Below are positions 1 through 13,761 of a stretch of 64,000 bases of DNA, in pieces. The notes under the pieces were generated by a model. It had not been told where the DNA came from and did not search any database. It worked only from the letters and a program-made list of their open reading frames with translations. Source of the stretch: Octopus bimaculoides (Eukaryota). The position numbers were made by a program, and so were the translations under genes. The stretch's first letter is position 1. Every line of letters starts with the position of its first letter. Location: contig NC_068982.1 in assembly GCF_001194135.2 (NCBI RefSeq), forward strand, positions 162,105,882 through 162,169,881, in the 5' to 3' direction.

Positions 1-200
1 GGCCGTTTTCGTGCGGGTGACACGTAAAAGCACCCACTACACTCTCTGAGTGGTTGGCGTTAGGAAGGGCATCCAGCTGTAGAAACTCTGCCAAATTAGA
101 CTGGAGCCTGGTGTTGCCATCCGGTTTCACCAGTCCTCAGTCAAATCGTCCAACCCATGCTAGCATGGAAAGCGGACGTTAAACGATGATGATGATGATG
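1..200 (+). mobile_element. 3' end of a young RTE-clade LINE (or RTE-tailed SINE) with (GAT)n tail
   Basis: Reverse complement matches 22599-22776, which lies across an N-gap from RTE RT-coding sequence, with one mismatch over about 170 nt. Contains the CCATGCTAGCATGG palindrome before the (GAT)n tail. Confidence 0.85.
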
Positions 201-1222
201 ATTAAGTGAAGAATAATACTAATAATTAGACGAGCTCGGCAACAGTACTAGTAATTTCTTATGCAATTAAATCAAGAGAACATTTAAATAAGTAAATTAA
301 GAATAATAATCACTAAGTTAATTGATATCAATTAATAGACATTCCAGTCACTAAAATTACAACAGTAATAACAATAGTCATAGTAATATAGGTTGTAGAG
401 TGGCATAAAGAGTGTGGAAAAAGGCAGGGATGAGTAGCCTCAAGGAAAGAAAACAACAACTGTTATAGGATAATGAGAGAATATTAGGAGATAGAGTAGA
501 ACTGAGAAATATTTAATAGAATATTAATTTTTGAAGAAAAAATATATAGCAATGGTGGTGGGTTAGAAAATATGAGAAAGCAGAAGGAATAAGGTGTAGA
601 AGAGAAAATTATTGAAGTCTGTAAATATTTGTTGCTTAAAGAGCATTAGCAAATATGATAGGTAGATAGTTGATCACGGCTTCGTAAAATCAATAATAGA
701 TCATGGTTAGTGAAAAATTAACTGTTGGCTGTTCCACCAAACTACTCAATTATCAGGAAGTAGGTAAGATAGAAAAAAGGAAATGAGGAAGATCTCTCCC
801 CCCACACACACACACACATATCCTTTACATTCATTTTGGGGGAAACATTTTTGAGTATGCATATAAAAGCTCTTATCACCACATACACACCTCCCTCTGT
901 TTATAATTACCTTTCTTTTCTCTCTTTCCATTCTCTTCTACTCCTCCCCACTAAATACACAGAGAACTGCCCACATACCCCAATCAACTTTTTCATTGGT
1001 CAAAATTGATAAACAACCTTCAGTTATACATTCACTGCTTCCAATGTTAATGTCATATCGCCTGAGGAAATTAACACATGAATATAATCTATCTGATGTC
1101 CATGGATACTACAGACTGTATTGTAATCCTCCCATGAGTATGGACTATGATCATAAGAAACATGCAATTTGTGGAAAAATGCACATAGCGATGCATTAAA
1201 TCCATTCATGGATAATTGTTAT

Positions 1223-1268
<46 letters not shown>

Positions 1269-1269
<1 letters not shown>

Positions 1270-1437
1270 CAAGCGTAAGAGTGGCTGTGTAGTAAGTAGC
1301 TTGCTTACCAACCACATGGTTCCGGGTTCAGTCCCACTGCGTAGCACCTTGGGCAAGTGTCTTCTACTATAGCCTCAGGCCGACCAAAGCCTTGTGAGTG
1401 GATTTGGTAGACAGAAACTGAAAGAAGCCCATCGTAT
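1269..1437 (+). mobile_element. tRNA-headed SINE (family A), 5' portion
   Basis: A-box-like TGGCTGTGTAG, B-box-like GGTTCAGTCC and CORE-like CCTTGGGCAAGT; homologous to 46918-47351 and 32503-32899. Confidence 0.85.
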
Positions 1438-2059
1438 ATATGAAAGCCTTTTAGCTGTGAAATTACATGTGATGCAAAAGCAAGTAAAAGGAAAATGTAT
1501 GTGCATATATCTATCATCATTAAGGCAATGAGGTGGCAGAGTTATTTGCACACCAGACAAAATGCTTAGCATCATTTCAGCCATCTTTATATTCTGTGTT
1601 CAAATTCTGCTGAATTTTACCTTTCATACTTTTGGGGTCGATGTTATCGACTAGCTCCTTCTTGCAAAATTTCACTCCCTATACCTAGAGTAGAAAGGAT
1701 AATGATCATTCTGTATTCATACATCTGCCACTTACAAAGTCTTTGTTCACAATGGCAGTGGAGTCCTGACTTCTTTCATACCTTTTAGAAGCCTCTTGAT
1801 ACTGGGTTTTGTTTCCACATAAAAGATTTCTTCTTCATGTCTTCCACAAACTCTGTTTTACAGACTAGATCATCTGCCTATTGGTTCATTCTCACTGCAT
1901 AGCAGCTAGGGCAGGTGTCTACTACAATAGTATTGGGCTGATCAAAGCCTTGAGATTTGATAAATGAAAAGTGGATGAAACCTGTCATATATATGTGTGT
2001 GTGTGTGTATTACTGTCTCCTTGCCTTGACATCATGTAGTTGAGAAAAGGTTAGCTGAC

Positions 2060-3019
2060 ATGGAGGACTGAGAGCCATCTGAATAGTGGAAGAGAGTTGA
2101 CCTGTATCATGATGATTTGCACTGAGTATCAAAATGCTGACACCATGACTACCACTCAATGCTCTGAGAACACTGTAAAGGCTGTAAGACATGATAGAGT
2201 CACAACAGGCATTCTGACTGCGTCTACATGCTGGAGTTCGTCCATCTGCAGGCCAAGATAATGGAAGATCTAAGCAAGGGAATCTGGGCTTTGGTAAGAG
2301 AGATGGGTGTTGGAATTGCCACCATGAAGCTGGCCTTGAATGAGGACCTTTGCTACCACTTCTACATGAGGTGCAAGAGACAAATTCTGAGAGCCAAGGG
2401 GAAACTACTTGACAAAAGTAAAGAAGCTCCTGAGGCATTCTGCTGAGCTGGGGATGATCTGGTTCTTCTCAGATTAAAAGAAATTCTGCCAGGATCAGTT
2501 TCACAACATCCAGAACAAGTGGCTTGCATACAATCCATATGATAACCCACATATGAAAACTGTGATGGCCATCAGGTATGTGAGGTTGACATTATGCCAT
2601 ACTTCATTTTTGAACAGGGCTTTAGGGTCAATTCAGACACTATGTGTCTGAATTGAAGCTGCTGGAGACTGTAGTCAAACCCTGGCTGGAGCAGGTTGCT
2701 GCTGAAAGACAGGTTTGACAGTAGGATTTGTCTCCTTGCCATGCTTCCAGGAAAAGTCAGAAGTGGTTGCTGAAGAATTTGTACAACTTCACCAGCCCCA
2801 ATTTCTAGCCTTCTAATTTCCCTGATTGTAATCCCATGGCTTACTATATGTGGAGCACTGTTGAGAAAGATGCCTACCTACAATACCAAGGCCAAGCTGG
2901 TGACCAAGATCAAGGTGGTGTCCAAAGATTTTCCCAGGGACACAGCGAGAAATGCATGTACCAGGTTTTAGAGCTGCCTTAAAGCCATGGTAGAAGCTGA
3001 GGGTGGCTACTTTGAGTAA
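2060..3019 (+). pseudogene. Decayed mariner-like transposase, maT/DD37D type
   Basis: Translated remnants FFSD*KKF (first D at 2472-2474), DLSPCHASRKSQKWL...PDCNPM(A)YY and KAMVEAEGGYFE*. There are 37 residues between the second D (2725) and the third catalytic position (2839, now GCT). Multiple stops and frameshifts. Confidence 0.85.
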
Positions 3020-3373
3020 GCTGTTGTTTCCCAGCCATAATTTAGTTGATATTTTTGATTTTTTTTTTTTAAAGTTGGTTTTATTTTGGGATGGGATACT
3101 GTGTGTTTTCTTTTTGTTTTATGCAAACTGTTGAGTTTAGCCCCAACACCCTATATTGTATCTATATTAATCATCATCATCATGTTTACTTTTTCATTCT
3201 TATACGGGTTGTTGAAACTTGTTGAAGTAGATTTTTTTTCTCCAGCTGAATGCTCTTCCTGTCACCTACTCTCACTGTTTCCAAGTTAATATAGTAGACC
3301 TGTGGCTGAATGTGCTGTCATTGAGGATTATAAACTCGCTCTCTCTCATACTTTCACATACACAACACATCAC

Positions 3374-3427
<54 letters not shown>

Positions 3428-4499
3428 CATTTGCAATAACTGACAAAACAGTTCCTGGAAAACTTTGCAGGCCTTTTTATCAGAAATGTGGAACAAGTGA
3501 ACCAGTAGACAATTTTTGGTGATTAACATCACAATTAAATATGCAGATAAATAAAAGATAATAAAATTACTGGGATAAATTTTGGTCAGTTTACAAATTA
3601 CCAACCACATTACCATGAGTTTAAACTTTTCCATAGCATCTGTTATGAAAGCAATGTTTAACAAAGTTTGAGTCACCAATGCACTACAACCAATAGGGTC
3701 AAGAGATGTAATATCTTACATCACTTTTTCCATTACTACAGTGGCTGATATCCATGAATAATAGTTCTTAATTTACCATGTTAGGTAATCATGAAGTTCT
3801 TGAAACCTTCTTCAACTTCACTAAGGGATTCATTAGTTTGGTATTGCACTCTAAAGTATCTTATAACTCTATCTATGCTACCAATAGATTATGTTATTTG
3901 TCTGCATTCATCTCTTTAAATGTTGATTTATTCCAATATTTCTTTTTTCTTTCTTTTTCACTATGGTCCATTCTCTTGGTACCCTTTTTCCTGTAATTTC
4001 TTTGTTGCACTGCATCCATATTGAATTTTTGCACTTTATTTTTCTTGCTTGTCTATCTCCATTTCTGTATGTTTTTATATATCTAGGATTGTTCCATGGA
4101 TAGGGATTATTCTTTGGTTCTGTGTGGGCTTCTTTTCTTTAACTGCATTTAGTACATACCTCTGTATTCCTTTCACAATTTAAAGATTGAAAAGGATTGT
4201 ATCTAAAACTGTGTGACAGTTTGTCTGTGTTTGATGCACATCTATATCATCATCATTTAATATTTGTATGCCAGTATTTTTACGTAACTTAAAATATATA
4301 CTAAGCAAAAATTGTATATATAGATATGCATATATGAGTGTGTGCATGTATGTCTCTGTGTATATGTGTATGTATATATAGATATGTATACATGTATACA
4401 ATCTTCACTGCTGCTCACACCAAATTTCATAACATCTGTTGAATTTACTTTTGCAATGCTGCGATATCACTGCATGTGTCTGTGCAATATGCCTTCCCT

Positions 4500-5600
4500 G
4501 GTTTTTTAGTTTTATTTATCTATTTTGCAAAAGTGATGAGCTCATTCTACTGCACGAGTTTCTGCCACTTTTCCAATTCAGCATTATTGCAGAACAGTAG
4601 AAAATTTCCAGTATTATTCCCCATATTCAAATTACTGTCAAGTCAGTCTCACAAGCTGTATGGCCAAATTGATGGAGTCTTGCATTCTGAGTCAAAGAGA
4701 GGTAGTTTCAATACTAGGATAATAATCTGCACCTTATGTGATGGCATCTAGTGTGCCACAGGGATCTACCTTTGATTCCCTGTTATTTGTTGCATACATT
4801 AATGAAATAGATGCCAACTTCAAGCACGTTATGCAGATGACATTAAGCTGTACCTTGAGATAAAAAGAACTAATCTTATATGCTTCCTTACAATCTGATC
4901 TGGGCATGAAATGGCAGTGGATTGCTGACTGGTATCTCAAGTTAGCTATAGACAAGTGTACCACTAAATTGTTAAGAAGGAAAAATCTGGAATTTATTTA
5001 CTCCCTTCACAACCCCAACCTTAAGAAGTTTGCTGGTGAATATAACCTAGACATTATTGTCAACAATGATCTGCATTGGAGGGACCACATTTCTAAAATT
5101 AACAAAATGGCCAAAGGTGTCTTAACATCACTCAGTAAGATCTTCGCCTGCAATTCATCAGCTATCTGTTTAAACCTTATATGGCTGTGATATGTCCAGT
5201 CATCTCCAGTCTGGAACCACCATCTTGTTGAGAATGTGAATCTACTGGAAGCTGTCCAGAGATGTGCAACTAGATAAAACTCTCTATCAGTTACCATAGC
5301 TTGAATGTCTTTCTTCTCTGGATATCAATGCACTAAAGTTTCATCATTAACAGCTTTGTAGAAACCTGCAAGATTATCCAACATCTCCCAGAATTTAACA
5401 CCTTTTTTGAATTTGGTACTTTACCATCCTTGGACATGCTTAAAAATCCGAATACAGCACACTTCCCATGACTTTTTGGAAACATTTTTTATACTCAGAG
5501 TTGTCAAAGTATGGAATAAACTCCCTCATCAGTTGTTAGCTGTCAAGACACTACATTTTTCTAAAATTCACCAACACTACTCTTGACATGCCTGCATTAC
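4500..5600 (+). mobile_element. Degenerate CR1/L2-type LINE reverse-transcriptase fragment
   Basis: SSVPQGST..LLFVAYINEID, YADD at 4830-4841, LQSDL..WQW, WRDHISKINKMA, LEAVQRCAT and terminal KHFFILRVVKVWNKLP motifs, with frameshifts. Confidence 0.85.
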
Positions 5601-5828
5601 TTTCCTTAATGTGACTCTCTTAATGTTCATTTTTCTCTCTTTGTATTTTTCATTCAGTGTACTGTGTGAATACTTCTACCTTTCATTGTTGTCTTTGTTT
5701 ACTTGACTTGTCTGTCTGCTTTGTGACTGTCTTTTAATCCTTTCCAATAAGTTGTAGTGTCCTTGAGCACTACATACAAGAAACTCATTATTATCATCAT
5801 CATCATCATCATCATCATTATTATTATT

Positions 5829-6470
5829 AAGGTAGCGAGCTGGCAGAATCGTTGGCACGTCAGGCAAAATGCTTAGTAGTATTTCTCCTGTTGCTACATT
5901 CTGAGTTCAAGATCTGCCGAGGTCATCTTTGCCTTTCATCCTTTCAGGGTTGATAAATCAAGTACCCATTGAGTACTGGGGTTAATGTAATCGACTTAAC
6001 CACTCCCCCCAAATTTCAGGCCTTGTGCCTATAGTAGAAAGGATTATTATTATTATTAAAGCAGTAAGCTGGCAAAATCATTAGTATGCCAGGCGAAATA
6101 CTTAAGCAGTATTTCATCTGTCTTCATATTTCTGAATTCAAATTTCACCAAGGTCAGTTTTACCTTTCATCCTTTTGGAGTCGATAAAACAAGTACCAGT
6201 TGAGTACTATGGTTGATGTAATCAACTAATCCTCTCCCCCAAATTTCAGGCCTTGTGCCTATTGTAGAAAGGATTGTTATTATTATTATTCAAGCAGTGA
6301 GCTGGCAGAATTGTTAGCATGCTGGGCAAAATGCTTAGTTCAAATTCCACAAGCTCGATAAAATAGGTACAAGTTGAACACTGGGATCAATGTAATCAAC
6401 TTAGCTCCTTCCCCTAACTTGCTGGCCTTGTGCCAAAATTTGAAACCATTATTATTATTATTATTAATAA
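5829..6470 (+). mobile_element. Three head-to-tail copies of (ATT)n-tailed SINE family B
   Basis: Units at about 5829-6057, 6058-6290 and 6292-6470 (third internally deleted), each starting AGCTGGCAGAAT-like and ending GGCCTTGTGCC...(ATT)n. Confidence 0.85.
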
Positions 6471-6471
6471 T

Positions 6472-6777
6472 GAGGGCATATGGCCTAGTGGTTAGGATGT
6501 TGCACTCACAACTGTGAGATCATGGTTTCGATTTCTAGACTGGTTGGTATGTTGTGTTCTTGAGCAAAACACTTCATCTCACATTGCTCTGCAATCACTT
6601 TAACACCTGATGGTACACCATGCACCTGTTCGGGCAATTTTGATTTGATGAAGAGAGTGAGCTGATGTGCAGCACAAATATTTGATCCCTATAAACAAAT
6701 CACTTGTGCAGGTCATTTGGCAAAAGCTGAACACTCATATGTCGTTTTCAGCGGGAGAGTCCATCATCATCATCATA
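6472..6777 (+). mobile_element. tRNA-headed SINE (family C) with (CAT)n tail
   Basis: A-box TGGCCTAGTGG, B-box-like GGTTTCGATT and TTCTTGAGCAAAACAC core; related head at 24538-24860. Confidence 0.75.
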
Positions 6778-8229
6778 TATTTATGTTTACGTAGATATAA
6801 ACACACACATACATGTACTTATTCAGATATGTGTATATGTGTGTGTGTATGTAGCATAGTAGCACACACATGCACAAATGACACACATTTATACATCTAT
6901 GTTTGTATGTATGTGTGTATCCATGAGTGGGTTTGTGTTTCCCCATTTTTTGCACTCTGCATAGACAGTGTCCCTGGTGTCAAATGGTGTCATTGTTTAC
7001 AGTTTTGGCCATTGATCTGTTTGTTGTTCAAAAGACGGAGAAATAGTACTTTACTGGGAAATAAGTGTTGACTAATGATAGGAAGGGTATCTGGTTGTAG
7101 AGAAGTTGCCTCAATAATTCTCATTTAATCCATGAAGAGGTTGCTGTTAAAAGGACGGTTAATGTGTGTGTGTGTACACATGAACATGCACACACATGCT
7201 CGCACACTCACATATGCATATATAGCTTATCATCCTCATCATTCCTAAACAGACTGGAGGACCACATCTTGCTCAAATGTTTTGCAGTTTGACATGGTTT
7301 CTGTGGCTGGATGCCCTTCCTAACACCAACCATCTTAGTGAGTGTACTTTTCATGGCATTAGCTCTAGACAGATTGTTTTGTCCTCAGCAAGGCAAGTCT
7401 AAGGATTGTCTTGAATCTGTATTGCTTTCACTTAGTTTGCCAACCATTTTATAGAGTGTGCTGGATTGCATTGTATTGTGGCACCAGCATTAGTGAGTTC
7501 AACTATCTTACCAACTGTACATTGTCTATGTTTATATGGGACAATCTGACTAATAATGTGGGTACAAGAGATGGCAATTCTTGAAGGACTAAAATGAAAG
7601 GTCAAAAGAAGTGAAAATGTGAAATGGGAATCAAGCTGATTGGGGTTAAATTGTAGTAGAGGAGGGAGAAAAGAGAGAGACAGCACTAAAAGTAGTAAGA
7701 GAATTTATTTTGCATTTCACACACATACTCTCATCTCTCACCACATGTTGTCACTCTCTTACCAATATTTGATACCGTCTTCTCATCCTGATGCCTGATT
7801 AATTGCAGGTCGCAGCAGATCTTTTGGTACCTGATACACACCACAAGCTTTCTCTCTCTTGCTGGAAAAATATGTAGTTTTGTCATTCCTCTATCACAAT
7901 ACCTGGAAATTCTGTCTCCCAGCCTTCCATGAATAGTAGGGTAGTAATGAGATAGTAATGGTAGAATGTAATGAGGCAAGAATAGTAGGGGTAATGTGAG
8001 AAGAGAGAACAAGTAAAGGATGGTTGTGCAATGGTTGGAAGTAAGAGTGTGAGGGAAGTTGGTTATAATCAAAGTAAGGAAGGAGGAGTGGAGTCTCACA
8101 GTATAGAAGGTTAATGTTAACTTATAAGACAGACACAAGTGATGATTGGTTGAGACAGAGATTGTAAGAAAGTGATGGATAGGTACTTATTTTGTATTGT
8201 TAGTGGTAGTACAGAAGTCTTTTTGTCAG

Positions 8230-8890
8230 TATCTGAAGGTGGAGGTAAAAGGAAATCCACAACATTCAGACTCTTCTGAAATGTGCACAAACGGAAGCTC
8301 TCTTTGCTTGTAGACAGTTGTGATGTTGGTGGGTGAAATAAGAATGGGAGTCAGAAAAGTTAGTTTCAAGAAAGCATCTAGTTTCAGTTGTTTGTCATCA
8401 TCATCATCATCATCATCATGAACTGTTGAAAATATTCAGTGTAAAAGACAGTCTTGAGCTCAAGATATATAATGAATGGCAATGTCCCTGAGATTGGTTA
8501 TCCTGGTGGAACTTCGTCTTTGTCAACGTCCTCCTTTTCTCCTGCCTTCTATGTAAAATTTCATCCACAATTTCTTATTCAGTGAGCACTTGATAGTCAG
8601 GATCACCATCATCTACTTCAAACTATTCCTGAACATGTTCAGTTGTTTCCTATTTTCCAGCTTTTACGAAAGTGTGCTGAAAATTATTTACATCAAATCT
8701 TTCAAAATTCAAATCAGGTTCAATATTATTCAACAACTTTTTCCAACCATTTTCCAAAATCAAAGTCTTCAATTGCTTCCAAGATTCTGCAAAATTAAAA
8801 TTGACAGACTTAATGTTGTAGGCTCCTAGATTTTGAAATGCCCACTCTGCTACTTTTTGCATCATTTTCTTCATCTTCCAACCCAACCAT
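8230..8890 (-). pseudogene. Decayed pogo/Tigger-type transposase C-terminal half
   Basis: Minus-strand NIKSVNFNFAESWKQLKTLILENGWKKLL, then FEVDDGDPDYQVLTE*EIVDEIL and KQLKLDAFLK, which are typical Tigger/Jerky-like C-terminal motifs. Interrupted by stops and an (ATG)n tract. Confidence 0.7.
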
Positions 8891-11431
8891 TGTTTGTATA
8901 ATGTACTAATAGGTTGTTTAAACTGACAAATATATAGGTATCAATAATAGTCTAATAAATTTCACATTTGTCATTAGTCATTTAAAAATTATCATAATTT
9001 ATAAACTGCATATTGTATACACATCATTAGATGCAGTTTCTAGTGTCCATAAATTTTTACTTATTTTGCTCTTTGTTTTGTTCAGTAATTCAAATTTCCT
9101 CAACCACCAAATTCTTTTTATCTAACCTAAATATCTACTCTTTGTTAGGTTCCTTTTATGGTGGTGTTAATTTAATGATATTATTTTAACATTTTATTTA
9201 TTAGACATTCTTTTTCACCACCACTACCAACACCAGTTTTTTTAAAAGCATATTGTGTATTTTCCTTGCACAAAAACTTCATAAAAGATAATAGTGAAAC
9301 TGTCACTTGCTACATTGCATTTATTTTCAATTCATCTCAGTAATTCACCATGGTAATATTTGTAGGATACATAAATATTTATGTTGTGAAGAGGAAAACT
9401 AAAATACTTCTAGAATTGTATAGTTTTCTTAAAGCAATAGTGACTAAAAGAAATTTAATACATCTCTGGGGGACTTTTGTAAACTCAAAAGTGGATTTCA
9501 GGAATCACAAATGAATAAACTCTCTAGATTGTATTTGGAATTCTTTCTCAGAATATGTTTTCACTGAATTATGTATTATTTCTCATTTTCATTTTATTGT
9601 TGCTATGAAAGAAAGCTTTATTATATCTAATATTAAATGTTTTGTTGATTGTATAAACTTATAATTGCACATTAGAGATACTGGTATTCTCATAACTGAA
9701 ACTTGTTCATCTGCTTACAAAGTAATGACCTCTTTGAGGATATATGAATTATATAGTACTTACTTAGCAAAGTTAGGTAAATTGTTTTTAATGCCTACTA
9801 ACATAACAAAGATTGCATACTTACATACATGCCATACATATAGGTGTATATATAAATATATTGAAATAAATACAAATAAATAATAAAATAGATGGCATTA
9901 AAAAAAGTAGGTTAAGAAAAAGTGTATTAAATATTATTAAATAACTAGCTTAGATTCTGTAACAACTTTACAAAGATGGGTAATTTTAGTACAATTTATT
10001 TGAAGTAAATGTATAGTTATAGGTAATTATATATTTAGATAAATTAAAGAAATAATGTGTGGATGTATATTAGTCATATTTTAACTATGTTAAAAGTACA
10101 TGTTTAGGATTTTGTGTTTTTAAGGCCACACTCAGTACCTCAATTTATTCAAATACATAAAAATAGAGGAACCAATAACAAAGACTTTTCATGGTTGCTT
10201 TACTGATTGTATAAGAGGCATATTAAAGCTAGATACAGACTGCATGAGGGTTATTGCAGCTTAAAATTTGATAAATACTCAAGAGTTAAGGTAGCTTTGT
10301 TGTATTGCAAAGCTTATATAAATGTAAAGATGATAAAAACAATTTAAGATCTTTTTTGTTTTGTTTGTTTTCTCACTCCACTAAAGATAATCAATTCTGC
10401 TTCTCATGCTTAAGATATGCGTTTAACTCTAGGTCAATTCTGATTGACCGACCTGTGATTTCAGTCATGCCAATCCTAACCAGACCATTTTCTCAGATAT
10501 AATATACACCAACCTACTGGTGTTCTTTGTTTAAAGTAGTTGAGTGTTATCTGAAGATTTCACTGTTATTTCTACTAGGCCAAGTGATCATGTAGAACCT
10601 CCCTTGTTTGACTGAATGTATGTATAAAAATTTGTTCTCCATTCAACCTTCAAGGAAAAAGATCAAGAGTATTGTTTTGGTTATCAACTTAATTGATAAA
10701 GCATCTTTTTCAACAACACCACCAAGTGTGTTTTATCCATTGTTCATTATTATTACACTTACTATAACACCAACAAACTGTGTAGTATTGAGAGTGTGTG
10801 TATGTACGTTACACAACCACAACATAGCTTATAATATTTGTTTTCTTGTGCAACCCTACAGCAGTATCAGTCTATGTATGTTACTTTAATACCAACTTAT
10901 AATACTGTGTGTATCTTTGTGCACACATATTTGTGTATGTGCTATCCCAGCATCTCACTACCACTATGTGTGTGTGTGTGTGTTATCCAACAACAACATG
11001 CAACTGTTTGTTGTCCTTAATCCATTTGACCCATCAGAAGTGAAACTACCTTTTAACTTGTTAGATAATTTTATTTCCATCATGTCCTTCATCTCGAGGA
11101 ACTCTGCTTGTTTTTAGCATATGCTTTTTATTTCCTGTTTAAAATTATACATAGCTGAATTAAAGATACATATACTGCTACTTCTTCTACACAGGTGTGC
11201 TGGACGCTTTTTATGTGGTGTCAGCATGGGTGCTTTTTATGTGCCACCAGCATCCATTCGGTTGCCAAGTAACTTGCAAGACAAGGACATCTCAGCTGAT
11301 ACAGGGAGAGGAACTGAGAGAAGTGGCCATGCACCAGGCATGAGGTTGGAGTATGATAGAGGGGCAGAGATATCTTGTTTACTACAGAGGAGATACTTGA
11401 TCACCCCAGTAGGGCAGGGAAGCAGAGGGAG

Positions 11432-11478
<47 letters not shown>

Positions 11479-13318
11479 CCTACCCACAGAGAGCAGTATG
11501 GAGGTATAAGTAGTGCAGAGGAGATTGAGGAGATTTTGTGTAAGAGTGTGAGGTGAGATATTTAGAGATAGCAAGTGATGGTGGAAGGAACTAGAAGGGC
11601 CTGCAGTAGGTGGTGGGGATTGTGGGAGTTGTGGGTGAGTTTTGCCAGAGGTCAGAATTATGTAGGGGTGAGGGCTAACATCTCTAGCTAATTTAAAATA
11701 ATAGCCACAGTAAATCATTCCACTTTCTCAATAGAACATTTGGTAATGAAAAGAGGTGTATGTTGTCATTATAACATTAGGTTCAATTGTAGACATGCTT
11801 CAATCAGTATCAGACTTAAGAAAATAAATGAGAATTATTTCTAAACAAAGTAGGATTGTATTTGACTTTCCCAACAAATATATAGAAATATAGTTGAAAG
11901 CTGGAATTGTGAATATCCCTTATTGAAAACCCAATTTATATTTGAATCCTTAAACTATAGTTACATATGGAGTACAGCTTTACATCCCCTGGTTACATGA
12001 AAGCTGATGCAGACATATGTGTAAGGTACATAAGTTATGCTTATTGAGTGATCTTATTCCCACAAATAAGTAGTATACCACTCACATAATTACTGAAATC
12101 TTGTATATTTCCTTTTTTTTTACTAACATCAACAACCTGAACATTATTCTCATCATAACTGCAAGAGCTTCAGTAGCTATTTTAAACTCTAGTTATATAT
12201 TTCAACGAACTGATATTCATGGAAAATTCACTGGTAATAAATGTAATGTTCAGTTTCTTAGCTAATTACTTGTGGCAAAGTGTATTTGAAGGCATGAATT
12301 GAATGAAATACATGTACAGTTGTGTGTGTTTGTGATCATTGTTTATTGTCTGTCCTTCATGTTGACATGAGTAAGGATGGTTTGACAGGACCTGATGAGA
12401 CAGAGAATTATGTCAGGCTTCAATGTCTACTTTAGCATGGTTTCTACAGCTGGATGCTCTTCCCAATCCCAACCACTTTACAGGGTATACTGTGTGCCTT
12501 TTTCATGGCACTAGCACTAATGAGGTAGCCATGTAATATGTAACTCAAAAGATTAAAGCACCCACCCCAGATGAGAGTGAGCTAGCTTTATACTAGGAGT
12601 TTAAAAGGCAAAGGGACGGTGTCTTCTTTGACTACCCAACATCATATAAGGGCAGTTGAGACTAATTGAGGTGAAGCTGGTGACATGGTATCAGAGTATA
12701 CCCTCAAGGTACAAGATGAGTAGGAAGCTCAGGAATTGTAGGTGGATAAAGGTTGAAAGCATGTGGTTGAGTGTGAGCACTTGTCATGATAGGGATGGGA
12801 GTGGTCAGAGGCACTCAGAGGTGAATGTAGTGGATGGTTGATGTGAGATAGTATTAAGAATGAGATATGGGTGTTGATAGGAAGTGGTCTTAGGTAGAGG
12901 AAGAAATAACTGGTAGTACAAAAAGGGTGATCAATGGAAAATAGGAACGGAGAGGAATGATGTTAAGATCAAGGGATGGATATCAAAAGGAAGTGATTCT
13001 AGAGAAAAGGAAAGATAATTTGTTACTCAGGAAGTGGTGAGACATGTAATTGCTACAGTATCAAACTGGTCCCTCACATGTCCAGATGGTCTGCTTTTAG
13101 TATATTTTTGTTGTGTTCATGGTCTTTGGATGTGGTTTCTGTGCATCTAGTGTTGATGCAGACAGTACTACTGCTGTTTAGACCTAGAGCATTTCTCCTA
13201 TCACAAAATTTTGGTGAAAGGTTTTCCAGGTATTAACAACCTGGTTCTCTTCCCCACCACCATATATAGTAAATCTGGGATTGCATTATTATTTATTTCC
13301 TATCCTAAGAAGTTACGG

Positions 13319-13761
13319 CAGTGTTTCTCAACCTTTTTACCCTTGTGTAATGCTTAAAATAAATTACATGTCTCAAGGAACCCCTGAACAAAAAAAATTA
13401 TATACCATATTTTTCTCATACTTTTTCATTGTAGTTCACATGGTAAACATCATATATATATATATATATANNNNNNNNNNNNNNNNNNNNNNNNNNNNNN
13501 NNNNNNNNNNNNNNNNNNNNNNNNNNNNNNNNNNNNNNNNNNNNNNNNNNNNNNNNNNNNNNNNNNNNNNNNNNNNNNNNNNNNNNNNNNNNNNNNNNNN
13601 NNNNATAACATAATAGGGATGATGTCTATATTACTAAATTACAATAACCAATAATATATTGTGCTTGTATAGTAATATTACAATCATGAAATTAACATTA
13701 TCTTATCTCACTCTTTCTTGTGGAACCCTAGGGATCCAGGAACCCTGGTTGAGAAATTCTG
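13319..13761. mobile_element. hAT-type MITE (Charlie-like TIRs)
   Basis: TIRs CAGTGTTTCTCAACC / GGTTGAGAAATTCTG; flanking 8-mers AGTTACGG / AGTTAAGA (6/8 match) consistent with an 8-bp TSD. Contains an assembly gap. Confidence 0.7.
13471..13604. other. Assembly gap (N run)
   Basis: N run next to an (AT)n tract. Confidence 1.
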
